The notes under the pieces are model-generated. The model had not been told where the DNA came from. It saw only the letters and a program-made list of their open reading frames with translations, and did not search any database. This document shows, piece by piece, positions 1 through 11,342 of a stretch of 64,000 bases of DNA (positions within the stretch are counted from its first letter, which is position 1; each line of letters starts with the position of its first letter). Source of the stretch: Promethearchaeota archaeon (GTDB lineage Archaea > Asgardarchaeota > Lokiarchaeia > Sigyniarchaeales > SOKP01). The stretch lies in the NCBI GenBank assembly GCA_048939995.1, contig JBHLOY010000002.1, positions 320,001-384,000 on the forward strand. The letters run 5' to 3'. The position numbers were made by a program, and so were the translations under genes.

Positions 1-1684
1 TGCAAGTTTTAAGTAATGAGACAATGTTGTTTTGAATATCTGCAGAAAAACTAAGGAAATCAATATTTAGTTCATAAATAAGTTTTTCATACATTTTTTT
101 TTCGCTTACGTCCTCTAACCACATTCTAAAGCTTATTAATTTGCCTTTGTCATCAAATTGATTTGTTCGTTTACCCTGCAGCCATTTAATTTTCTCGTCT
201 TTAGAAAATATTCGAAATTCTAAGTCTTTTTCCTTAGTTGCTTTAAATATTTTCTCAATATCATCAGGATGTATTATTTTATCCAATAAATCTCGATTTA
301 CGGCTTCTATATTTTTATACCCTATAATTTCTAATAATTTTGGATTAATATAAGTGAGACTTCTGTTTATCAAGTCAATTTCTAAAATTCCAACTGTTGA
401 TGTTTCTAATAAATCACGATATTTAGCTTCAGTTTCTTTCTTATCCGTAATATCTTGTACTATTGCCTGAAAGTATGTTCTATCTGACAACTTAATTAGT
501 GTCAACTCTGTATTTACCCAAGCAATCGTTCCATTTTTTCTATATACTTGGAATTCAGTTGATTCGATTATTTCTCCTTTATATAATTTAAGGAGCTTTT
601 TATTTAAAATAGAATAAATTTCTATCGGAGCTAGAGGTAGTTCTTCATAAGATCTCCCGATAAAATCATCTTTGCTGTATCCAAATAGTTTTTCTGTAGT
701 TGAATTATAGTCAACTATTATTCCTTGCCTATCAAAAAGAAGGATTGAATAAGGTGAACTTTCAATTAAATGACGATACTTTTCTTCTGATTCCTTTAAA
801 TTTTGTTCTGCCAAGATCCTTTCCGTAACATCCTCAAATGATACTAATACTCCCACGACCTTTCCTTCAGAGTCATATAAAGGAATTCTATTTATATCAA
901 ACCATACTTCATTTCCATTGTTTAAAATCCAAGAATCGATAATATGTAATTCGGGTTTTCCTGATTTTATCACTCCTTTTTCACTTTGCTGGAAGCTATC
1001 TATGTCTCTCTGAGTCCAAGGGAGATCCTCATCCTTTTTATTGATTATGTTTTCGGGATGATCTATTCCAATTAGTTTTGCGTAATTATCATTACACCCT
1101 TGATAATTTAATTCTATATCTTTCCAAAAAATATATTGCGGAATATTCTCCATGACCATCTCTAACATTTCATACGAACTCTGTAGTGCTTCTTCATATT
1201 TTTTTGGATTAAATAGCTTCCAAAATCGAATTTCAGGAATAGTTTCAGTTATTTTTTTAAATCGTTCTTCATTAAGTCTTAATTGTTCCTCTAAATTTTT
1301 CCGTCTTGAAATGTCTTTTATAATAACAAAATATTTCTTAGATCCGTTCTCTAGCTTAAACTTTTTTGACTTTAATTCAACCCAAATTAATTCTCCTTTA
1401 GAGTTTTTGAGCCTAAGTTCTTGAATTCTGTCAGGAAGTTCTGCTCCTTTCTTTAGAACTTTTATAGCCTTTTTTATGTCCTCTGGAGCAATTATACTTA
1501 AAAATGGTTCACCTATTAAGTCCACAGAGGAATATCCTAACTTATATAAAAAAGAACATTTATTAACATATTCTAATCTTAATTCATCTGATGTTTCAAT
1601 TATGAATATTAAATCATCTACAGTATCCATGAAAAGTTGGAGTTGTGTTTCAAGATTTTCATAATCTTTCTCGTCAGTAATCAT
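1..1684 (-). CDS. multi-PAS sensor protein (probable histidine kinase), runs off the window edge
   Basis: Not in the ORF track because no stop falls inside the window. ATG at 1684 reads MITDEKDYENLETQLQLFMDTVDDLIFII; later PAS starts include MENIPQYIFWKD and SEEKYRHLIESSPYSILLFD. Confidence 0.8.
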   Translation of the reverse strand, partial: MITDEKDYENLETQLQLFMDTVDDLIFIIETSDELRLEYVNKCSFLYKLGYSSVDLIGEPFLSIIAPEDIKKAIKVLKKGAELPDRIQELRLKNSKGELIWVELKSKKFKLENGSKKYFVIIKDISRRKNLEEQLRLNEERFKKITETIPEIRFWKLFNPKKYEEALQSSYEMLEMVMENIPQYIFWKDIELNYQGCNDNYAKLIGIDHPENIINKKDEDLPWTQRDIDSFQQSEKGVIKSGKPELHIIDSWILNNGNEVWFDINRIPLYDSEGKVVGVLVSFEDVTERILAEQNLKESEEKYRHLIESSPYSILLFDRQGIIVDYNSTTEKLFGYSKDDFIGRSYEELPLAPIEIYSILNKKLLKLYKGEIIESTEFQVYRKNGTIAWVNTELTLIKLSDRTYFQAIVQDITDKKETEAKYRDLLETSTVGILEIDLINRSLTYINPKLLEIIGYKNIEAVNRDLLDKIIHPDDIEKIFKATKEKDLEFRIFSKDEKIKWLQGKRTNQFDDKGKLISFRMWLEDVSEKKMYEKLIYELNIDFLSFSADIQNNIVSLLKTC

Positions 1685-1915
1685 TGGGAATACCTTAGGG
1701 AATTCTTTTCTAATATTCTCCTGTAAAATGATATTTTAATCCTCTATAACTGAAGAAAAGTCACTTGTATTTATATATTAGTATATACTTTTGATTTTTT
1801 GTAATTGTTATACGTTCAAAGATATTGATTGAATCTTGAAACCCATATGATTATGGTGCAGAATTTAACATTTAATGTAAATACTAGCTACTAAAACTAA
1901 AAAATAGAATTAATT

Positions 1916-3787
1916 TCATTTATATTCTTGATCAATATTTATCCATTCAATATCAAGCTCATTGAGTTTAATTTTAGTAGGAATCCCATCAGTATTCCAA
2001 CCCATTATATTATAATAAATATCCCTAGCTTCATCAAACTTTGTTGCATCAATTGAAATTCTTTCCAATGCTCCTGAGGTGTGTGGTTCAAAGAAACGAG
2101 CAGGAAGCCAATCATCTTCCTTATTAAAACCTTCTCTAATATTGAACATTCTCTCCATATTATTTACCCTCTCACCAAACTTCATTAGTTCCCAAGTAGA
2201 TGCATCCCAACCTGTGACCGCTTTTAATAATTCAGTTTCTTGGTTTATGCTAAATGGCATGAAAAAACAAAATACTAAACTATTTTCCACAGCTCTCCAA
2301 TTAGTTAAGTAAATAAGAGATTTTATCTTTTTTACACTTAAATCCTTAAGAGGAAGTGCATCAAAAATACTTAAAGTTGCAAAACCTTGCATTCTATCTT
2401 GATTAGTTAACCCATCATCATGAAAATTTTTCATATGCTCCGCTCCCGTTGAAGACAAGGCATATCCTATTCCTAAACCATGTTTTAAACGAGGTTCATG
2501 CATTGGTATTTCTTGACCTTTAACATGAATTGCAAATTTATGAGCTTCCTTACCTATTTTTTCTGCAGCTCTCTTTACACCCTCCGCTAATAAATCGCCT
2601 ATTCCCTCACGATTTCCCATCATTTCTAACATCTTTAGCATACTCTGAGAGTCTCCAAAGTTTAATTTCAATCCATTTGTATCTTTTTCAGTTATTATTC
2701 CATTTTCATAACACTCCATCGCAAAACCTATCGTGACACCTGCTGAGATTGTATCCAATGAATATTTATTGCATAATTCATTTGCTTTACAAACCACTAT
2801 TGGATCACTTATACCACAATTTGAACCGAAAGCCGCAAGGGTTTCATATTCAGGTCCCCCGTATTTAGGGTCTAGGTAATTTGATTCATTAATAGACACC
2901 ACTTTTTTACATCTAATAGGACAAGCATAACAAGTTTCTCTTTTTAAATTAATATTTTCACTAAAAATAGCAGGATCTAACTTTTTTGCATTCTTAAATC
3001 CTCCATCTCTAAAATTTCGAGTAGGGAGGTTTCCTGATAAGGCAAATTCTTCCATTCGATTTCCTCCAGTACCAAAAGCAAAATAACGGCTATAGCCTTT
3101 AAAAATTTCATAAGTGTCTTTTAGAATTTGTTTAATTTTATCTTTATTTTCAACTTTTGGCTTAATATTACCTCTAATAGCTATTGCCTTCAAATTTTTG
3201 GACCCCATCACTGCTCCCATTCCACTACGGCCCGCAGCGCTTCTATAGTCGTTTATAACACATGCAAATCGAGTTAAATTTTCACCCGATTTACCAATAC
3301 AGGCTACACGAGCAAAATTGTCATTAACTTCTTTGAGGATTAATTTATGAGTATCTCCAGTAGTCTTACCCCATAAGTGCTTAGCATCTTTTATTTGAAC
3401 CTTATCATTGTGAATCCATAGATAGATTGGACTATTCGCTTTACCTTCAACAATTATTGCATCATAATCCGCGTGTTTTAATTCAGCGCCCCAATATCCT
3501 CCGACTTCAGATACTCCAAAGCCTCCTGTTAAAGGGGATTTAGCCCCAATACTATTTCGTCCTGTTCCTGGAATATTGGTTCCCGTTAATGGTCCTGTGG
3601 CAAAAATTAGCTTATTTTTATCACCTAATGGATTTAATCCCTTTGGGGTTTCTTTAAGAAGAAAATATGCCACAAACCCCTCTCCTCCGAGATATTTTCT
3701 ATAAAAGGATTCCTCTGGATGTTGAACTTTAATTTTGCTAGTTGAAAGGTTGATTCTTAATATATTACCACTATATCCAAATTCCAT
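1916..3787 (-). CDS. aor: tungsten-dependent aldehyde:ferredoxin oxidoreductase family protein
   Basis: GYSGNILRINLS start, AKSPLTGG, AGRSGMGAVMGSKNLKAI, CYACPIRC Fe-S motif, GPEYETL, DTISAG. Confidence 0.93.
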   Translation of the reverse strand: MEFGYSGNILRINLSTSKIKVQHPEESFYRKYLGGEGFVAYFLLKETPKGLNPLGDKNKLIFATGPLTGTNIPGTGRNSIGAKSPLTGGFGVSEVGGYWGAELKHADYDAIIVEGKANSPIYLWIHNDKVQIKDAKHLWGKTTGDTHKLILKEVNDNFARVACIGKSGENLTRFACVINDYRSAAGRSGMGAVMGSKNLKAIAIRGNIKPKVENKDKIKQILKDTYEIFKGYSRYFAFGTGGNRMEEFALSGNLPTRNFRDGGFKNAKKLDPAIFSENINLKRETCYACPIRCKKVVSINESNYLDPKYGGPEYETLAAFGSNCGISDPIVVCKANELCNKYSLDTISAGVTIGFAMECYENGIITEKDTNGLKLNFGDSQSMLKMLEMMGNREGIGDLLAEGVKRAAEKIGKEAHKFAIHVKGQEIPMHEPRLKHGLGIGYALSSTGAEHMKNFHDDGLTNQDRMQGFATLSIFDALPLKDLSVKKIKSLIYLTNWRAVENSLVFCFFMPFSINQETELLKAVTGWDASTWELMKFGERVNNMERMFNIREGFNKEDDWLPARFFEPHTSGALERISIDATKFDEARDIYYNIMGWNTDGIPTKIKLNELDIEWINIDQEYK

Positions 3788-3898
3788 TTTATCCTCAGTT
3801 ATTCGTATCTTTTATATTAGTTTTTATTATATTTTAATTCAAAATAAAGTTTTTAAAAATGAAGTTCATATATACTTCGAAGAAAATTCGAAATTAAT

Positions 3899-5068
3899 CT
3901 AGATTCCATGGCTTTCAAGAACATTAATAACCCTATTTATATCCTCCTCGTTATTATAGTAATGAAATGCGAACCTAAGTAATGTTTGTTCATGAAAATC
4001 AGGGTATCGTTTCAAGGTAACATAAATCTTATTTTTCAGTAAAGTATTGTAAATTTTTTCTGCTTTCTGATGTTCAATAGTAATGATTCCTGATCTAAAT
4101 TCCGGTTCTAATGGTGTTATTATCTTAAAATTATATGATTTTATTTTATTAATGAAAATATTTGTCAGATATATAATTCTTTCTTGTATTCTTTTAATGC
4201 CATCACTTATTTTTCCTCTTCCTATTTGAGTTTTTATTAAATTTAGGGTCCCACTAAAAGATAAAAGAGCTGGAAAGTTAGCACACCCTCCAAAACCGTC
4301 CATATATTTTACTTTGTTAATTACTTCAACATTTTCATTATTTAAATAAAAAGGATTAGCAACACTTAACCAGCTTGAAAAAGGGATCTCTTTTTTATTT
4401 AATAGTTCTTGATTCATGTAGAGAATTCCCACACCATATCCACATGCACCCCACTTTAATGGATTTGCTACAAGAATATCTAGATTATGGTTTTTAGTAT
4501 CAATATCAAATGAACAAAATGATTGAGTTGCATTAATGATGCTAAGTAAATTATGTTCTCTACAGAATACACCCAATTTCTCAAGATTTTGTCTAAAACC
4601 CGTAAGTGATTGTACATGACTATGTATTATATATTTAGTTTCATCTGAAATATTCTGCTTGAAATTATCAATTAAATAAGAATGACTTGTATCTTCCACT
4701 CTCTTACTTGAAAACTTTAAACGTTTAAAAATATGTATGGAAGCAGGAAATTCAATTGAAGGATATAAAAATTCACCCTTTTCCAGAAATCTGGCAATAA
4801 TATTCATTCCTGAAGAAGTGTTGGTTAAAAAGGCGATCTCGTCTGGTTCAGAATTAATATATTCAGCCACATTTTTTCTAGTTTTTTCAATTTCTTCACA
4901 AAAATTCTCATAATGAATATCACCAAAATATAACATGTCTTCAAAATAAGAAATACCCTTTCTATAAGCATCCATGTTTAAAGGAGAAGCCGAACCGGCC
5001 ATAATATAAGTTAGGTTTTTTAAAATCGGAAATTGTTCATTTCGTAATTTTTCCCAATTCACACTCAT
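3899..5068 (-). CDS. class V PLP aminotransferase / cysteine desulfurase-like
   Basis: LRNEQFP...YIMAGSASP, NTSSGMN, EFPAS, PLP lysine in PLKW, RSGI, LRFAFHYYNNEEDI. Confidence 0.85.
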   Translation of the reverse strand: MSVNWEKLRNEQFPILKNLTYIMAGSASPLNMDAYRKGISYFEDMLYFGDIHYENFCEEIEKTRKNVAEYINSEPDEIAFLTNTSSGMNIIARFLEKGEFLYPSIEFPASIHIFKRLKFSSKRVEDTSHSYLIDNFKQNISDETKYIIHSHVQSLTGFRQNLEKLGVFCREHNLLSIINATQSFCSFDIDTKNHNLDILVANPLKWGACGYGVGILYMNQELLNKKEIPFSSWLSVANPFYLNNENVEVINKVKYMDGFGGCANFPALLSFSGTLNLIKTQIGRGKISDGIKRIQERIIYLTNIFINKIKSYNFKIITPLEPEFRSGIITIEHQKAEKIYNTLLKNKIYVTLKRYPDFHEQTLLRFAFHYYNNEEDINRVINVLESHGI

Positions 5069-5234
5069 ATTCTTCCTTAATTTATTTTCATTTAAAATTC
5101 ATATCAATTTTGAGGATTATTCATTCTAAAGAAGAAACAATTAAAATTTTATTATTTATAAACACAAGTTATTTGTTTCTATAAGAGTTATTTCTTCTAT
5201 TATATTCTTCTTAAACAGTATATTGTGAAGTACA

Positions 5235-6080
5235 ATGAAGATGGAAGAATTTATTAGATGTTTAAATTGTGGAAAAAAATTAGGATCTAAATCTGGGAAA
5301 ATTCATAATCAATGTACAGAATGCATGTTAAGATTAGATTTCAGATCAGAAGATATAAATCATAAAGATATAGATGAAAATCTGCAAAAAATTTTGGATT
5401 TCTTTATTTCCGATGTAAATGCCGCCTTTAATAAGGATCCTGCAGCTAATACATTACTAGAAGTATTAACAAGCTATCCTGGAATCAAGGCCATTTTATT
5501 GCATCGCATAGCGCATTTTTTCTGGAAAATTAAAATGCCTTTTGTACCAAGATATATTTCGGAAATTTCTCGAGATCTTAGTGGAATCGAAATTCACCCA
5601 GGAGCAGAAATCGGAAGTGATTTCTTTATAGACCATGGGGGGAGTGTAGTCATCGGAGAGACTTCTGTAATTGGCGATAATGTTACAATTTACGCAGGTG
5701 TAGTCTTAGGGGGTACTAACTTAGAGAAAACTAAACGACATCCGTCCATAGGCGATAATGTAGTTATAGGGTCAGGAGCAAAAATTTTAGGTCCTATTAA
5801 TATAGGAAATAATGTTAGAATAGGAGCAAATTCAGTTGTTGTAGAAGATGTTCCACCAAATTGCGTAGTAGTTGGAGTACCCGGTAAAATTGTCTCAAAA
5901 AAAGGCGAAAAAATTGAAAAAATAGATTTAAGACATGGAGATTTACCCGATCCCATTTCTATTGCACTCTCGAGTTTGGAAAAAAGAATTAAGCAATTAG
6001 AGGGTAAACTTTCTATAAGCCCCGACCATAAGAAGGAAGATATAGAAATTTTTTACGGAAATTATGGTGGAGGAATTTAG
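5235..6080 (+). CDS. cysE: serine O-acetyltransferase with N-terminal CxxC...CxxC extension
   Basis: DPAA, YPGIKA..HRIAH, GIEIHPGA, FIDHG, VIGET, KRHP and hexapeptide repeats. Confidence 0.95.
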   Translation: MKMEEFIRCLNCGKKLGSKSGKIHNQCTECMLRLDFRSEDINHKDIDENLQKILDFFISDVNAAFNKDPAANTLLEVLTSYPGIKAILLHRIAHFFWKIKMPFVPRYISEISRDLSGIEIHPGAEIGSDFFIDHGGSVVIGETSVIGDNVTIYAGVVLGGTNLEKTKRHPSIGDNVVIGSGAKILGPINIGNNVRIGANSVVVEDVPPNCVVVGVPGKIVSKKGEKIEKIDLRHGDLPDPISIALSSLEKRIKQLEGKLSISPDHKKEDIEIFYGNYGGGI

Positions 6081-6097
6081 TATTCACATATTAAAAG

Positions 6098-7042
6098 GTG
6101 ATTAAAATAGGTAGAATATATCAAAATATAATTGAAACTATAGGAAATACACCACTAGTTAAATTAAACAAAATAGTTGAAGAAATATCTCCCAAACCAA
6201 ATATTTATGCTAAATTAGAATATTTTAATCCGGGAGGTAGTGTTAAGGATAGGATCGGAATGGCCATGATTGAAACTGCTGAGGATAATGATTTAATTAA
6301 TAAAGATAATATAATTGTAGAGCCTACGTCTGGAAACACTGGTATTGGGTTAGCATTAATCTGTGCTGCTAAAGGATATAAATTAATTTTAACTATGCCA
6401 GAGAGTGTCTCAATCGAACGAAGGAAGATCTTAAAAGCCTACGGAGCACAAGTAATTTTGACTTCCAAAGAAAGCGGAATGAAAGGAGCTATATTAAAAG
6501 CCGAAGAACTTGCAAAAGAAAAAGACATGGTTTTTATACCTCAGCAATTTAAAAATTTAGCAAATCCAGAAATTCATAGAAGAACCACAGCAAAAGAAAT
6601 TTTTAATGATTTGGATGGAAGAGTTGATGCATTTGTAGCGGGGGTAGGTACTGGAGGAACTATTACCGGAGTAGGTGAAATTCTTAAAAAAACAGTAGGA
6701 GCTCGTCTAAAGGTATATGCTGTTGAACCCAAAGATTCTCCTGTTTTATCCGGAGGATCTCCAGGACCACATAAAATCCAAGGAATTGGAGCCGGGTTTG
6801 TTCCAGAAGTATTAAATACACAAATTTATGATAGAATAATACAAGTTGAATATGAAGATGCAATAATAACAGCTAGAAAATTAGCTAAATTGGAAGGAAT
6901 ATTCGCTGGAATAAGTTCAGGAGCAATCGCCTGGGCAGCAATCTACGATATATCTAAAGAGTTTAGTGTAGGAGAAAATGTTGTTTTTGTAGTTTGTGAT
7001 ACTGGAGAACGCTATTTATCTACTGAATTATATGATATCTAA
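6098..7042 (+). CDS. cysK: cysteine synthase A (O-acetylserine sulfhydrylase)
   Basis: IGNTPLV, KLEYFNPGGSVKDR, EPTSGNTGIGLA, GVGTGGT, HKIQGIGAGF, DTGERYLST. Confidence 0.97.
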   Translation: MIKIGRIYQNIIETIGNTPLVKLNKIVEEISPKPNIYAKLEYFNPGGSVKDRIGMAMIETAEDNDLINKDNIIVEPTSGNTGIGLALICAAKGYKLILTMPESVSIERRKILKAYGAQVILTSKESGMKGAILKAEELAKEKDMVFIPQQFKNLANPEIHRRTTAKEIFNDLDGRVDAFVAGVGTGGTITGVGEILKKTVGARLKVYAVEPKDSPVLSGGSPGPHKIQGIGAGFVPEVLNTQIYDRIIQVEYEDAIITARKLAKLEGIFAGISSGAIAWAAIYDISKEFSVGENVVFVVCDTGERYLSTELYDI

Positions 7043-7047
7043 TTGAA

Positions 7048-7947
7048 TCAGGTACTTAGAGGGAGTACACTTGTTGTTAGAATCTCAGTAACTTTTTTCC
7101 AAAGTTCCTTAAAGTCAGGTTTCTTTTTGCCATTTATCCTTCTTGAAATTTCATGGAATAATGCTTTTATCTTTAAAGAATGAAAATAACTAATATTTGG
7201 CGCAATTATGGCTAGCATATATTGTTTTTGACCAAATCTTTCATTTTCTGCTGGAAAAGAATCAAAGTAAGCATAACCAGACATTTTAATATTCTCAAGA
7301 TTTAAAAGTATTCCTTCAGCATTAGTTATTTTACCATGTCCATATATAAATAATGTTGCTTGAAAAAGCTGAGTTCCAACGTCTTCGATAGATACGGGGA
7401 GATTAATAGTTGAGGGATAATGATCATCTAGTTTTGGACCATATTTATCATCCCAGAACATTGAGAGTAAAAATATCTTCTCTTGGTCCTCCATTGAAAT
7501 TGAAGGTTGAACATTTATATCTAGAGAAGACAAGACTGCTTCCATCTTTTCTTTAATAACCTGTCTTTTTTTATTCCTAGTAATCTTACCAGAAATAACA
7601 GCTAATAAATCATCTTCATTAAAAGGTTTTGTTAAATAATCATCTATCCCCAATAATTTACCAAAACGAATATCTTCTGGAGATGATTTTGCTGTAAGGA
7701 ATATGAAAGGAATATGATTCAGAGCTGGATTTTTAGAAATTTCAGTAAAGAATTCATATCCATCTACTTCGGGCATCATAATATCACTAATAATAACCTC
7801 GGGGAGAATATCTGATTGCGAAATGAGATCAAGGGCTTCCTTTCCATTTTTTGCAGATAAAACTCGATATTTATTTGCCTCTAAATTCAATTTAATTGCA
7901 TAAAGGAGATCCACATTATCCTCTACAATCATAATTAGAGGTTTCAT
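7048..7947 (-). CDS. response regulator: REC domain plus C-terminal uDENN/longin-like domain
   Basis: IMIVEDN, SDIMMPEVDG (phospho-Asp), FLTAK, YLTKPF; C-terminal IFLLSMFWDDKYGPKLDDHYP. Confidence 0.85.
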   Translation of the reverse strand: MKPLIMIVEDNVDLLYAIKLNLEANKYRVLSAKNGKEALDLISQSDILPEVIISDIMMPEVDGYEFFTEISKNPALNHIPFIFLTAKSSPEDIRFGKLLGIDDYLTKPFNEDDLLAVISGKITRNKKRQVIKEKMEAVLSSLDINVQPSISMEDQEKIFLLSMFWDDKYGPKLDDHYPSTINLPVSIEDVGTQLFQATLFIYGHGKITNAEGILLNLENIKMSGYAYFDSFPAENERFGQKQYMLAIIAPNISYFHSLKIKALFHEISRRINGKKKPDFKELWKKVTEILTTSVLPLST

Positions 7948-8023
7948 TGTTATGCCCTTTAATAAAATAGATGTCTTTATTTTTATATTTATTGAATGAT
8001 TATTTAAAAGTTATCAATTTTTA

Positions 8024-10708
8024 TCATGGAATTCTTGGAAAGAAAATGGAAAATGTTGTTCCATTTCCATATTCGCTTTCTACATATACTTTTCCTTGAT
8101 GAAGTTGGATCAATTCTTTTGCTATTGTTAATCCAAGCCCTGTTCCTGGGATATCTTTGACTGATCTGGCTCGATAAAACCTATTAAAAATAAAAGGAAG
8201 GTCTTCTTCATGAATTCCCATTCCATAATCTATAATTTGAAATAAAATTCCATCAATCCCTTCAGGATTAAATTGTCCAGTGTAGTGATCAACAGCTTTA
8301 ATTATTATTTTGGATTCCTTTTCAGAGTATTTCCAGGCATTATCTATAAATATTCTGAAAATCTGCTTAATATGATTGAGATCCCCATTTATCCGTAGAT
8401 CTTTTTTTAAATCTAATTCAACTATAATATTTTTCGATTTAATGTTTAGATCCATTAAATCAAGAACTTCGGAGATAAGCTCAAAAGGAGAATAAACCTC
8501 TAAATTTAAGAGCATTTTTTTCTCATCTATCCTTGATAACATTAAAAGATCATTTACTAATTCATTAAGCAAATTAACATTTCTCATAATTCCCCGCATC
8601 AAATTATATTCTTGCTCATTTGTTATATTTTCACGATATTTATTTAAGTAATTTAATGACATCAATAAAACAGCTATAGGATTCCGCAATTCATGCGAGA
8701 CAGTAGATACAAATTGTTCTAACTTTTGCTCAGCTTGTTTATGCTCAATAAAACGGCTAATAATTTCAGCAATCGTACGGGTTAACTCCTCTTCTTCTTT
8801 TAAAAAGAGTGAGTTATTATCATGTAAATAAATTTCAATTGAACCTAAATTTTTATCATATACTTTAATATCTGCCTTGATATTCCATTGAGTGAGCATA
8901 AAATTTTTAGCTGTAAATTCGTTTCCATCAAATAAGATCCTTGCATATGTCTTTTCTGGAAACTGAAACGCTGAGGGGAGAATTTCTAGAATTTCATTGA
9001 ATAGATCAGATTCTTCTTTTTCAAATTCTGAAGCAAAACCTGAAGTTTGATATAAGCATGTAAACTCTTTTACTCTTTCTTTCAATTCACTTTCGCTTTT
9101 AGTTAAAGCTCTTTCGAATTTTTTTCGTAACGTAATATTTGAGATAATTCCATCATATCGAATAATATTGCCTTTTTCATCCTCAATTGGGACTCCTTGA
9201 TCTCTTAAATAAAATACTTCACCTGTATCATTGTGAACAACCCGATATTCTAAATCATATCCTATTTTTAAAGAAATATTTTCATGAATTTGATTCTTGA
9301 TTTTATCTCGATCCTCAGGATGGATAACTTTTAACCACAGATTCTCATCATCATAATGCTCTTTTGGTGTTATACCCGTCCAGACTTTCCATAAGTCTGA
9401 GATAAAGATTACAGTTCTTTTTTCATTTGATAAAGTTGAATAAATTACGTTAGGTATATTCTCAACTAAGTTACGATACTTTTTTTCGCTATTTATAAGG
9501 GCCAATTCTGCTTTTTTATGTTCTGTTATATCTGATATAAAAGCGATTGCACCATCGTATTCTAGTTTTTCATCAAGAAGAGGTGCTGTTTCTAATCTAG
9601 TATAGACTTTGTTACCATTTTTATGTAAAAATTCAAATTCATGCTGTTCTTTAATGCCTTCCTCCCTCCTTTTCAAATATTTCTTAGACTTTTCAACATT
9701 TTCCTTATCCATAAAAGCAAATAGATGTTTTCCTATCATTTCTTGTTCAGAGTAACCCAAAATTTCCGTCATTCTTTTATTAACGTAAGTAGTATATGCA
9801 TTTTTATCGATTGCCCAAATACCTTCATGGGCACTCTCTACAAATAATCTATACTTTTCTTCGCTTTCCTTAATCTTAAGGAAAGAATCTTCAAGGGCAA
9901 TTGTTTTAGAAAGAAGCCTTTTTTCACTTAATTTTAATTTCCGGTATAAAAGATCAATTGGATTTCGCAAACCTATACTAATAATAGCTTTATATAAGAG
10001 GAAAAATGCTGGAATTTTTAAAATGTGACCAATTAAGTTGGAAATATCAAAAGCGGAAATATAGAAAGTAAAAGCTAATTCTGATACAATTGTTAATATT
10101 ATTGAGAATATTAATAAAATAAAAATATTAAAATCGAAAATTAATCGATTCCTATACATTATAAGAAGTGTTATTACCAAAATAATATCAATAATATACT
10201 CACTAATTACTTTAAACGGGGTTAATCCACTCCCTTCAATGTAACAAACTGGAAATAACCTTAAAAAAATTAATATAATTAATATTGCGGTATAAAAGGT
10301 AAATCCAAGCAGATAATACTTCGCATTGACTTTTTTATTTAGTACTAAAGAAGCTATTAAAAGCGATATTGATTGCAAATACCGAGCTGCTATCCATAAT
10401 TGAGCAGGAAGATTAGTATCATATCCAATAAAAATATTCATCCCAGGATAGGCTAATGTGTGGATTAAATCAATAAATCCTATAAAAATAAAAGATAGTC
10501 CAACAACTAAAAAGAAATTGTTATCAATATGTTCCCTGGAATTATATAAAATTGCAAAGATAGTGACCTTTATTACGATGCTAAACAATTCAGCAAGATT
10601 ATGAAAAAGCAAATAACTGTAAAAATTTGTTAAATATATTAAAATAAGTATTAAGACAAAAATGTAATAATCAATGTGATAATTCTTCCTTGTTTGTTGA
10701 TCACTCAT
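8024..10708 (-). CDS. membrane sensor histidine kinase (MASE3-PAS-PAS-GAF-like-HisKA-HATPase)
   Basis: MASE3-type LLFHNLAELFS / HTLAYPGM / QLWIAAR; two PAS domains; H-box VSHELRNP; DNAWKYS; DYGMGI; GTGLGL. Confidence 0.93.
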   Translation of the reverse strand: MSDQQTRKNYHIDYYIFVLILILIYLTNFYSYLLFHNLAELFSIVIKVTIFAILYNSREHIDNNFFLVVGLSFIFIGFIDLIHTLAYPGMNIFIGYDTNLPAQLWIAARYLQSISLLIASLVLNKKVNAKYYLLGFTFYTAILIILIFLRLFPVCYIEGSGLTPFKVISEYIIDIILVITLLIMYRNRLIFDFNIFILLIFSIILTIVSELAFTFYISAFDISNLIGHILKIPAFFLLYKAIISIGLRNPIDLLYRKLKLSEKRLLSKTIALEDSFLKIKESEEKYRLFVESAHEGIWAIDKNAYTTYVNKRMTEILGYSEQEMIGKHLFAFMDKENVEKSKKYLKRREEGIKEQHEFEFLHKNGNKVYTRLETAPLLDEKLEYDGAIAFISDITEHKKAELALINSEKKYRNLVENIPNVIYSTLSNEKRTVIFISDLWKVWTGITPKEHYDDENLWLKVIHPEDRDKIKNQIHENISLKIGYDLEYRVVHNDTGEVFYLRDQGVPIEDEKGNIIRYDGIISNITLRKKFERALTKSESELKERVKEFTCLYQTSGFASEFEKEESDLFNEILEILPSAFQFPEKTYARILFDGNEFTAKNFMLTQWNIKADIKVYDKNLGSIEIYLHDNNSLFLKEEEELTRTIAEIISRFIEHKQAEQKLEQFVSTVSHELRNPIAVLLMSLNYLNKYRENITNEQEYNLMRGIMRNVNLLNELVNDLLMLSRIDEKKMLLNLEVYSPFELISEVLDLMDLNIKSKNIIVELDLKKDLRINGDLNHIKQIFRIFIDNAWKYSEKESKIIIKAVDHYTGQFNPEGIDGILFQIIDYGMGIHEEDLPFIFNRFYRARSVKDIPGTGLGLTIAKELIQLHQGKVYVESEYGNGTTFSIFFPRIP

Positions 10709-10767
10709 ATTAATCCTAAAGGAATTAGAACAATACTGATTTTTGCATTAAAATAATTTCTAAATTT

Positions 10768-11307
10768 TTAAATATTTGCTCTTTCGAAAACAGTGTAAAT
10801 TGTTGTTTTATAAATTTCATCCCAAAATTTAGTAGGAATAATTTCTTTTATCTTTGCAATTAATTCTCCTATTAATGTATCAGTAATTTCAGGTTTAACT
10901 TCTTTTAAATTAGGATCACTTTTATGTAAAAAAATTGAAAATTTAATTTGATCTTTCTCACCGCTAATTTTATTAAATATTCTCTTTAAATAATCTAGCG
11001 CTATATCATATCTCTCTGGGTCTTGTATATCTATAACATATATTAGTTTATCAGTCTCTTTAAAATTATCTTTAAAATCTTGCAGATGTTTCATTCTATA
11101 TTGTTCTTGGCCCCCAAAATCCCAAATATTAAAATATTCATCATTTAAAGTCAAATTTGAGGTTTCAATTCCTCGTGTTGGATTAGAAGTTTTTAATGAC
11201 ATTAAGTTCATTCCCTTTAAGCTTAACACTATGGAAGTTTTTCCACCATTATCTAAACCAACAAAAATGATTTTTTTTGCAGTCAAATTTACATTTTTTT
11301 TTGGCAT
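10768..11307 (-). CDS. small GTPase, Rag/Arf-like Asgard type
   Basis: G1 GLDNGGKT, G2 PTRG, G3 WDFGGQ, G4 HKSD, G5 KTTIY. Confidence 0.92.
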   Translation of the reverse strand: MPKKNVNLTAKKIIFVGLDNGGKTSIVLSLKGMNLMSLKTSNPTRGIETSNLTLNDEYFNIWDFGGQEQYRMKHLQDFKDNFKETDKLIYVIDIQDPERYDIALDYLKRIFNKISGEKDQIKFSIFLHKSDPNLKEVKPEITDTLIGELIAKIKEIIPTKFWDEIYKTTIYTVFERANI

Positions 11308-11342
11308 TAAAATACCTTTTTACAATACTCCTGTTAAACAAG

